From: a virus
Strand: one strand, 5' to 3'
Virus record (IMG/VR): IMGVR_UViG_3300026291_000001
Span: 311 to 64,310 of that record
Length of the DNA stretch: 64,000 bases
The notes below the pieces were generated by a model that searched no databases, had not been told where the DNA came from, and was given only the letters and a program-made list of their open reading frames with translations. Below, piece by piece: positions 9,953-16,894 of the stretch (position 1 is its first letter; each line of letters starts with the position of its first letter). The translations under genes and the position numbers were made by a program.

Positions 9953-9974
9953 TTTAACCAAAAAAGGTATCTAC

Positions 9975-10586
9975 ATGAAACAAATAAGAATAAAACTAAC
10001 CGGAACCTCGCCACTATTGCTATCCAGCGATAAACTAGCCGACCCCCTTAATCCGTTAACGATACGTCATAAAGAACTTACCAGTAAACGCAAGAAAACC
10101 GAGGATGACCATAGATTAATAGCCCGTTCCCAATGGCAAGGGTTGTTATATTGGGATGACAAACTAGGCGTAGTGATGCCGACGCAAAATATCCGTGCGG
10201 CGATGATAGGCGGAGGAAAATTAAACAAGCTGGGCATGGCGCTCAAACGCGGAACATTGATGATGGAAGATCAGGTCCCTGTAGAGTATGGTAAAAAATT
10301 AACGATTGAACAGTTATGGGATGGCGATTATAAAGATGTACGTTCTGTAGTAGTCTCTCAAGCACGGGTCATGGCTTACCGACCAAAATTCCTTAATTGG
10401 TCATTAACTGTCGACTTCCAGTATGATGAAAATGTATTGGATGAAAACCAGATTATGCAATCCCTGGAAAATGCCGGGATGTTTGTGGGTATTGGCGGTT
10501 ACAGACCGGAGAAAGGCGGTGTTTTCGGGAGGTTTAAAGCCGAGAAAGTTGTCGATAAAGTACAAGAAACAAAAATCGCAGCGTAG
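9975..10586 (+). CDS. stand-alone Cas7-like RAMP protein (Vipr-like effector)
   Basis: RAMP motifs: beta1 KQIRIKLTGTSPLLL, VVMPTQNIRAAM, and a C-terminal G-rich loop GIGGYRPEKGGVFGRF; 203 aa; no other class 1 cas genes nearby. Confidence 0.8.
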   Translation: MKQIRIKLTGTSPLLLSSDKLADPLNPLTIRHKELTSKRKKTEDDHRLIARSQWQGLLYWDDKLGVVMPTQNIRAAMIGGGKLNKLGMALKRGTLMMEDQVPVEYGKKLTIEQLWDGDYKDVRSVVVSQARVMAYRPKFLNWSLTVDFQYDENVLDENQIMQSLENAGMFVGIGGYRPEKGGVFGRFKAEKVVDKVQETKIAA

Positions 10587-10633
10587 TTAAGCTCAGCGCA
10601 TCGAAGCTGACATAGCGCATCAAAGCAAAGTTT
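10575..10633 (+). ncRNA. 5-nt periodic tract 3, 12 units (one 4-nt unit), overlapping the RAMP stop codon
   Basis: ATCGC AGCGT AGTTA AGCTC AGCGC ATCGA AGCTG ACAT AGCGC ATCAA AGCAA AGTTT, then TTAAT. Confidence 0.75.
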
Positions 10634-10640
10634 TTAATAA

Positions 10641-10700
10641 TTCGCAGCAGTGTAGTACCCAGCGAATCGGAGCAGATCGAAGTATTGCAGAGCACAGTTT
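10641..10700 (+). ncRNA. 5-nt periodic tract 4, 12 units
   Basis: TTCGC AGCAG TGTAG TACCC AGCGA ATCGG AGCAG ATCGA AGTAT TGCAG AGCAC AGTTT, then TTTAACC. Confidence 0.78.
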
Positions 10701-10721
10701 TTTAACCCAAGGAGCACACTT

Positions 10722-11195
10722 ATGAACCCCACAAACGAAACACCCAATGTAACCCTCGATAAACTGTATATTTTAGCCGCCGAGGAAGCTGCTACTAAAT
10801 ATAATTATGGAGAGGTTATCAGTAAAAACTGGTTGCTGGAAAAGTTCTCAATCGAATTTCCACAACGAGGAACAAAAAAAGACTTTGAAGATGCCAGCTT
10901 TGAGTTTTTACAAAACATGGAAGGCTTTAAAAGCATTATGCTGGAAAAGTTCCAGATGTTTTTATACCCGGTTAAAGGGGTCGGCTATGAGATTGTCTAC
11001 CCTAAATACCAGTCTGATTTAGCAATGATACGCTTAAGGAATACAGTCTCTACCGAGATTAAAAGAGCCATCAATGTACTGACGCATGTTAACGAACAAC
11101 ATTTAACCCAGGACGATATACGGAAAAGGGATGAACACCAGGGAAAGATTGCAGCTCTAGCCGCGTTCTCGAATAAGCGACTTTCTAATAGTTGA
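10722..11195 (+). CDS. accessory protein of the RAMP/periodic-repeat locus, function unknown
   Basis: 157 aa, AGGAG RBS, embedded between tracts 4 and 5. Confidence 0.7.
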   Translation: MNPTNETPNVTLDKLYILAAEEAATKYNYGEVISKNWLLEKFSIEFPQRGTKKDFEDASFEFLQNMEGFKSIMLEKFQMFLYPVKGVGYEIVYPKYQSDLAMIRLRNTVSTEIKRAINVLTHVNEQHLTQDDIRKRDEHQGKIAALAAFSNKRLSNS

Positions 11196-11201
11196 TTTCT
11201 T

Positions 11202-11271
11202 AGCAAAGCAAAGCCAATCGGAGCTGACTAAAGCTGATCGGAGCGGAACCTAGTTGAGCCAAGCACAGGCT
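11202..11271 (+). ncRNA. 5-nt periodic tract 5, 14 units
   Basis: AGCAA AGCAA AGCCA ATCGG AGCTG ACTAA AGCTG ATCGG AGCGG AACCT AGTTG AGCCA AGCAC AGGCT. Confidence 0.8.
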
Positions 11272-11317
11272 ATCAATAGCGTATTGTCCATTGCGAAGTG
11301 GGCAATGCGGTATTATT

Positions 11318-11382
11318 ATCGATGCAATGCCGATCAAAGCCGAGCGGATTAAAGCGATGCACAGTGGAGCAAATCTCATCAC
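11318..11382 (+). ncRNA. 5-nt periodic tract 6, 13 units, interrupted by an IS (last 2 units at 12627-12636)
   Basis: ATCGA TGCAA TGCCG ATCAA AGCCG AGCGG ATTAA AGCGA TGCAC AGTGG AGCAA ATCTC ATCAC | IS | AGCAA AGTTT TTAAC. Confidence 0.78.
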
Positions 11383-12626
11383 CGGTTTTGCTCCAGGTTG
11401 CCCCTTGCTTTAGCTGGGTGAGGAATGGAGTGCTCTTGATTTTTATGTCTTGACATAGTGTTAAAACTCTCTATACTTGAAGATATGAAATTAGTAATAA
11501 ATCTTAAACTTAACCCGGATGTACAGCAGCAACGCGCACTTCAAGATACTCTTGAACGGTGCAATGCAGCTTGTAATTGGCTGTCTGAGGTTGCCTATAA
11601 AGAAAATACTATTAAACAATTTGCCCTCCAAAAATTAACATACCGGCAATGCCGTGAAGATTATGGTTTGACAGCTCAGGCCGCAATCCGTTGTATTTCT
11701 AAAGTTGCCGATGCCTACAAGCTTAAGGATGCCGATAAGACCCAGAGAAATTTCAGGAAGTGGTCGGCACAACCTTACGACGACCGTATCTTCCGGTTCG
11801 GCAAAGGCGACACCGTAAATTTGTGGACTATTGCTGGAAGGCAAACTATCCCGTTTGAGTGCGGTGAATACCAACGTAAGCTTATCCCTTACCGCAAAGG
11901 CGAAGTTGACTTGATGTTTATCAAAGCCAAATGGTATGCGTCTTGTGTTATTGATGTTGACGATGCCGAACCGTTTGCGCCAACTGGCGGCGTGTTGGGT
12001 GTTGATTTGGGTATTGTCCAGATTGCTTCCGATTCTGATGGAGAACAGTTTTCCGGAGACAAAATTGAAGTCGTGCGTAAGAGATACCATACACTCAGGC
12101 AACAGCTTCAAAAGAAAGGCACTAAATCGGCAAAGCGGCATTTGAAGCGCATTGCCAAAAACGAAGCTAATTTTCGTAGCGAAACCAACCACGTAATTTC
12201 TAAAAAACTTGTTGAGAAGGCTAAAGGCACTTTTCGCAGCATCAACCTTGAAGAACTCAAAGGCATACGCGAAAGGATTACGGTTAGGAAAAATCAACGG
12301 GCTAAACAAAGTGGATGGGCGTTCTATCAACTTCAGCAATACATTGCCTATAAATCCAAGCTTTGTGGCGTGACGGTCAATTTTGTTGACCCTCGCTACA
12401 CAAGCCAAAGCTGTAGCGTTTGTGGTCATACCGCAAAAGCCAACCGCAAAAGCCAAGCTGTTTTTGTTTGCAAAAGTTGTAACCATAATCAAAATGCCGA
12501 CATCAATGCGGCAAAAAATATAAGTTTAAGGGCGGCTGTCAATCCGCCTATCGTAGCTACCGATGACCCACATGGATTGTGGCGAGGTAAGTTACAAGCT
12601 CCGTCATTCATGACGGTGTAGTTGAC
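11383..12626 (+). mobile_element. IS200/IS605-family (IS1341-like, tnpB only) element
   Basis: Left end CGGTTTTGCTCC...CCCCTTGCTTTAGCTGGG after TCAC; right end CAAGCTCCGTCATTCATGACGGTGTAGTTGAC; no target duplication. Confidence 0.8.
11485..12621 (+). CDS. tnpB: TnpB RNA-guided endonuclease
   Basis: RuvC D-E-D intact (GVDLG, LEELKGIR, NADINAAKNI) plus a CxxC...CxxC zinc finger. Confidence 0.93.
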   Translation: MKLVINLKLNPDVQQQRALQDTLERCNAACNWLSEVAYKENTIKQFALQKLTYRQCREDYGLTAQAAIRCISKVADAYKLKDADKTQRNFRKWSAQPYDDRIFRFGKGDTVNLWTIAGRQTIPFECGEYQRKLIPYRKGEVDLMFIKAKWYASCVIDVDDAEPFAPTGGVLGVDLGIVQIASDSDGEQFSGDKIEVVRKRYHTLRQQLQKKGTKSAKRHLKRIAKNEANFRSETNHVISKKLVEKAKGTFRSINLEELKGIRERITVRKNQRAKQSGWAFYQLQQYIAYKSKLCGVTVNFVDPRYTSQSCSVCGHTAKANRKSQAVFVCKSCNHNQNADINAAKNISLRAAVNPPIVATDDPHGLWRGKLQAPSFMTV

Positions 12627-12711
12627 AGCAAAGTTTTTAACTAAAAATCTTATTTTTCGCAAAAATTAAGAGTATAGTCTAACTTAATCCCTCCCGCTGA
12701 TAAGAAGCGTT

Positions 12712-13818
12712 ATGAAATCCAAAATTCTCACCAGTTTTTTAGGCATTAGGAATAAGGAAGGTCCTAGATCAATACCATTTAATGCTCTAGTTGATTGTGA
12801 AAATTTAGACATTTCCTCAGAAGGAGTACTTCTTCAACGCGCAGGCCATATCCTGGCTAAAACTATTCCCGTTAGCGCTGCTTATAGCACGCTCGCCAAA
12901 CGCTCCTATATCATCACTGACGGTATTCTGTGCGAAGTCCTGGCAGACCTGTCCCTGTTGGAACTGGCAGCAACTGACGCCACGGCTTTCGACGATTACA
13001 AGCAGTTTCTGTTTTTAAATACAGGTTTAATGGTCAATGACGACACGGTCACTAACCTTAAACTGCCCATTCCCGCCTTTGCTCCCCAATTAACAGTATT
13101 ACCCGGTGATCTTCCAGCCGGAACCTATCGATCCGTCTCCACTTATAAAGCCGCTTCAGGCTTGGAAAGCGGCGCGTCGCCAATGAGCGTGATTGAATTA
13201 ACCGGACCCGGCAATATAAGCATCCAGAACGAGATAGAGCCTGCTGGTTACCAAATAATAAATTATTTGTCATACGCTAGCGGTACGGTTTTTTATCGCC
13301 CTGATGGTGTTCAAATTGACCCGGTTCAATTAACCGCCAAGTCCATGCCTGATGGGGAGTTGATTGCGTATCATGACAGCCGCTTGTGGTTGAGTCGAAG
13401 CTTGGCGGATGGTTCAAGCGTAGTTTGGTTTAGTAAACTATTCTCAATGCACTGGTGGAATTTAGAGAAGGATTTTATAATAATTCCAGGCCAAGTTCTA
13501 ATGCTGGCTTCAACTTCAAAAGGCTTGGTTATAGGTACGCATAAAGCGATTTATGCGTATGTGGACGACACCCTGCAACCGTTAGCGGATTATGGGGTAA
13601 TCAAGGGAAAACCATACGCAAAAACACCGGAACATTCAGTGCTTATGTGGACCGAGCGTGGTGTATGCAGTTACCCGCCATTTACCAACCATACGGTTAA
13701 TAAGGCTACCTTTCCGCCCGGTAGCCAATGCAGTGCGGCGATTGTTGAAAGTAATGGCATATCGCGGTTCGTGGCGTTAAATGATGGAATAGGAGTCCCC
13801 TATAATGCCCGCTCATGA
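12712..13818 (+). CDS. tail structural protein (nozzle/tubular-like)
   Basis: FLGIRN...CENLDIS..G.L.QRAG N-terminus and beta-propeller-like composition; first gene of the tail block. Confidence 0.5.
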   Translation: MKSKILTSFLGIRNKEGPRSIPFNALVDCENLDISSEGVLLQRAGHILAKTIPVSAAYSTLAKRSYIITDGILCEVLADLSLLELAATDATAFDDYKQFLFLNTGLMVNDDTVTNLKLPIPAFAPQLTVLPGDLPAGTYRSVSTYKAASGLESGASPMSVIELTGPGNISIQNEIEPAGYQIINYLSYASGTVFYRPDGVQIDPVQLTAKSMPDGELIAYHDSRLWLSRSLADGSSVVWFSKLFSMHWWNLEKDFIIIPGQVLMLASTSKGLVIGTHKAIYAYVDDTLQPLADYGVIKGKPYAKTPEHSVLMWTERGVCSYPPFTNHTVNKATFPPGSQCSAAIVESNGISRFVALNDGIGVPYNARS

Positions 13819-14216
13819 AACACAAGCAGTATAAAGTTATTGAAATGGTTCTTAATGGCGCATCATTTAGCCATGTAGATAATGAGCTGGGTTATTGCAA
13901 AAATGGCTCAAGAGCGGCTTTTTATTCATGGATAAGACGACTCAATAAGACTGTTTATGATGCCGGATTAACTGACGAGCAAAAAAAACATATTACTAAA
14001 TACGGTAGTCTTGAAGATCTTGAAGATCGTGAAGCCTGGAAATCAGCCTCAACTTCCATAGACTATTTACGACTTAACAAAGAGCATTTTTTAAAAAATA
14101 TACCTGATGCTGATGCTAAAGAAATTCTATCCTATTCGATAGATTTAGAAATTGATAAAGCTATCTTATTGCTGGTTAAAAATGGTTATAGAGTTGAGAG
14201 ACAGATAAGTAATTAA
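13815..14216 (+). CDS. hypothetical protein
   Basis: 133 aa, AT-rich relative to flanking genes, ATGA overlap with the upstream gene. Confidence 0.55.
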   Translation: MKHKQYKVIEMVLNGASFSHVDNELGYCKNGSRAAFYSWIRRLNKTVYDAGLTDEQKKHITKYGSLEDLEDREAWKSASTSIDYLRLNKEHFLKNIPDADAKEILSYSIDLEIDKAILLLVKNGYRVERQISN

Positions 14217-14265
14217 AAACAATTTTTCGCGCTGTGAAGTGCCATGATCCCATGAGGAAATACCC

Positions 14266-14718
14266 ATGTTTAAATATTCTACGAAATGCTTTAACGCCAT
14301 GCTATCGGCGTTAGATACGCAATTTACCAATGGCGTTATAGAGCTTCGAACCGGCGCACAGCCAGCTTCACCGGACGATGCCGCTACCGGGACCCTAATA
14401 GCAGTCGCTACACGTGATGCGGCTGTTTTCGTGCCGGGTTCTCCCGGCAATGGCTTGAATTTCGCTACCCCTGTTTTAAATGTCATGGGAAAGGAACCGG
14501 CGGAAGTTTGGCGTTTTACGGCCATAGCCAGCGGGACAATAGGGTGGGGGAGATTAAAAGGAAATGGTGTCGATGCCGGAGATGCTTCAACAATATTACC
14601 AAGGATCGATGCCAGCGTTGGGATCACTAGTGGAGAAATGAGAACTTCCAAGGTAACTTACGCATTGAATGAGGTCGGATCGGTCGACTCCTTCAACATC
14701 ACCCTGACCAATATCTAA
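14266..14718 (+). CDS. virion structural protein
   Basis: IELRTGAQPASPDDAATGTL...ASGTIGWGRL, a motif pattern seen in phage tail-associated proteins. Confidence 0.5.
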   Translation: MFKYSTKCFNAMLSALDTQFTNGVIELRTGAQPASPDDAATGTLIAVATRDAAVFVPGSPGNGLNFATPVLNVMGKEPAEVWRFTAIASGTIGWGRLKGNGVDAGDASTILPRIDASVGITSGEMRTSKVTYALNEVGSVDSFNITLTNI

Positions 14719-14744
14719 GACTAAACCGCTAACCGGCAACGGCT

Positions 14745-16457
14745 GTGAGCATAATTATCCAGGGCGACCAAGTAGAAGGCACCAAATGGCTGGGTCTGGT
14801 CAAGCAGCAGAAAAACCAGTTGGAGCGTATTTACGCGCCTAACAACCCGTTCATGCAGACATGGGAGCAACTGTCTCCCGATGTCAGCGTGCATATCTTT
14901 TTGCAGCAGGGCAAGGCGAGCGCGATTATTTTTGCTGGCGTACAGAAAATATATGTCACGATAATGAATATATACCGGACGGATCAGCATTTTCTATATG
15001 ATAAATTTGATAAGTATGCGACTAAGGACAATTATCCTTCCGGGGCAAACGGATGGTTAGGCAAGAATAATAAGGTTATGTCCTGGGATCAGGAATCTAA
15101 TGGCACTAGCTATAACAGATTCAGGGTCTATTTAGCCGGAGCCAGCGGAACTAACCTGATGGGATCACTGACTTTAAAAGTATTGTCTGTTTGTCTTAAT
15201 GATAAATATGTCGTGGTAATAGCAGAGGACGGAGGAAACCCTATTCTTAATAAAAAAGAGATAGCAGTAACCTACCCTACTATAGCATTTGTCGATAATA
15301 TTGATGTTCTATTAGCGCTTCCCCCGCTTGGCAGCGAGCTTGGGACAGGCAGTTATTGGTTTTTATCAGAGTTCTCGCCAGACGGGAAAAGTATTTGTTT
15401 GGTATCGAAGATCGTTGCCAACTCTACCCGTCAGGAGGTCAATATTATAACCTTCTCAAGCGACTACAGTACCTATGCGACCTCGCTGGTATATAACAAG
15501 GCTATTGTATCGGTTACTACCACTACGACTACCGTTGTAACAGGTGAAACTGAAATGGGCGCGGATAGACTGGCTACTCGAACCGGAGCAGTTAATTTGG
15601 GTGAACCCTATATCGTTATGGTTAAAGCAGAAGGGTCTAGCTTTTGCGCTTTACGGCAGAACATAACCGAATATCATGATAATGCGCAAGCCCACGAAGA
15701 TATTACCGGGAATTTCACACGGTCGTCGGTAACTACTATAACGAATACGCTTGAAGTCATCAGTATTATTCCAGAGATAATAGATGTATCGCCAGCGATC
15801 GTAAACGTAGAGTTTACCGTATCTATTCCGCAAGACTCCATAGCAACATCAGCGCACAGGCCAGCAGGATTAGTGACCGATACTTTTCTGGATGAAAGGA
15901 GTTCTCCGGTTCTGGAGGTAGCTTACTATTCCGCGATCAATAAAGCGGTACTTTATAAAAATTATATAAGTCATACCAAAGATTACTCGGATGGAGGGAC
16001 TATTTATAATTCGTTTGGGTCGCTCGTACCACGTAAATCTATTACCAAAAATGAATCAGAACTATGCGCTTATGCAAATAATGACGGCTCGGTAAGTATA
16101 GCAAGCAAAGATTACGTTACGCCTACCGCGTATTCTGTGGTTAGTAATGAGCCTTATTTTATAGGTTTAGGGGGAGATGCCGTATCAACCTCTCCAAAAA
16201 TCATTAATATTGCCGGTATATTCCATGACCAAACCTATCAATGGAGCTATTTACCCTACCACCTGCGTTCGGCTTACAATGAATTTACCATACTTTATTG
16301 CTTTAATCTTTTATACCCGTTAGGTGGAATTATTGGGCCCTTTGGCTATACCGCCGCAATCGATATAAAAACGGGGCTAAACATTTTAGTCAATGAACGG
16401 CTCGACTTGCTGAGTTCAGCACCCTTAACCTATACACCGATTTCCATCACCAATTAA
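14745..16457 (+). CDS. tail-associated structural protein
   Basis: 570 aa, beta-rich, within the tail module. Confidence 0.45.
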   Translation: MSIIIQGDQVEGTKWLGLVKQQKNQLERIYAPNNPFMQTWEQLSPDVSVHIFLQQGKASAIIFAGVQKIYVTIMNIYRTDQHFLYDKFDKYATKDNYPSGANGWLGKNNKVMSWDQESNGTSYNRFRVYLAGASGTNLMGSLTLKVLSVCLNDKYVVVIAEDGGNPILNKKEIAVTYPTIAFVDNIDVLLALPPLGSELGTGSYWFLSEFSPDGKSICLVSKIVANSTRQEVNIITFSSDYSTYATSLVYNKAIVSVTTTTTTVVTGETEMGADRLATRTGAVNLGEPYIVMVKAEGSSFCALRQNITEYHDNAQAHEDITGNFTRSSVTTITNTLEVISIIPEIIDVSPAIVNVEFTVSIPQDSIATSAHRPAGLVTDTFLDERSSPVLEVAYYSAINKAVLYKNYISHTKDYSDGGTIYNSFGSLVPRKSITKNESELCAYANNDGSVSIASKDYVTPTAYSVVSNEPYFIGLGGDAVSTSPKIINIAGIFHDQTYQWSYLPYHLRSAYNEFTILYCFNLLYPLGGIIGPFGYTAAIDIKTGLNILVNERLDLLSSAPLTYTPISITN

Positions 16458-16469
16458 CGAGGTTACACC

Positions 16470-16871
16470 ATGTTAGGCAATGTCCCCGCAGAAGGCGAAA
16501 ACTTAATCGCCAATTTAGTTTACCCAGGTGCTGATGCCAATCGTGGTAGCAGTTTACAATTAGGCTTATTCACCAATGCCTCGGTGAGTAACTCAACCAC
16601 ATTATCGGCTATTACCGAACCAACTGGAGGTGGTTATGCCAGGAAAACGCTAGTGAATGCCAACTGGACAGTGACTGGTAATGCTTCTGCCTATGCCCTG
16701 CAAACCTTTACGGCCACAGGCTCGGCGATGACCGGCTCCATTTATGGCTATTTTATCGCTACTACCGGAACTACGCCCAAGCTTTTGGCTTATGAGGTTG
16801 ATGTAAGTGGACCTTATACCCTGGCGATAGGCGATAGTTACGATGTGACGCCTAACTTGTCTAATTCCTGA
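16470..16871 (+). CDS. tail fibre-associated protein
   Basis: LGLFTN...TEPTGGGYARKTL...W..T...YA.QTFTATG. Confidence 0.5.
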   Translation: MLGNVPAEGENLIANLVYPGADANRGSSLQLGLFTNASVSNSTTLSAITEPTGGGYARKTLVNANWTVTGNASAYALQTFTATGSAMTGSIYGYFIATTGTTPKLLAYEVDVSGPYTLAIGDSYDVTPNLSNS

Positions 16872-16894
16872 TGTCAGGCTGACGGAGCAGAGTC

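Noticed and set aside
9897-9974. N-terminal extension of the RAMP ORF (MPSLANRISAKQIAANQ...) given in the ORF track
   Set aside because: It is the translation of periodic tract 2; the ATG at 9975 has a nearby AAGG RBS and starts at the RAMP beta1 strand.
11200-11382. 60-aa minus-strand ORF and similar short ORFs over the periodic tracts
   Set aside because: They are by-products of the 5-nt periodicity; no RBS or recognisable domain.
11635-12492. 285-aa antisense ORF over tnpB
   Set aside because: Typical shadow ORF on the opposite strand of IS605 tnpB genes.
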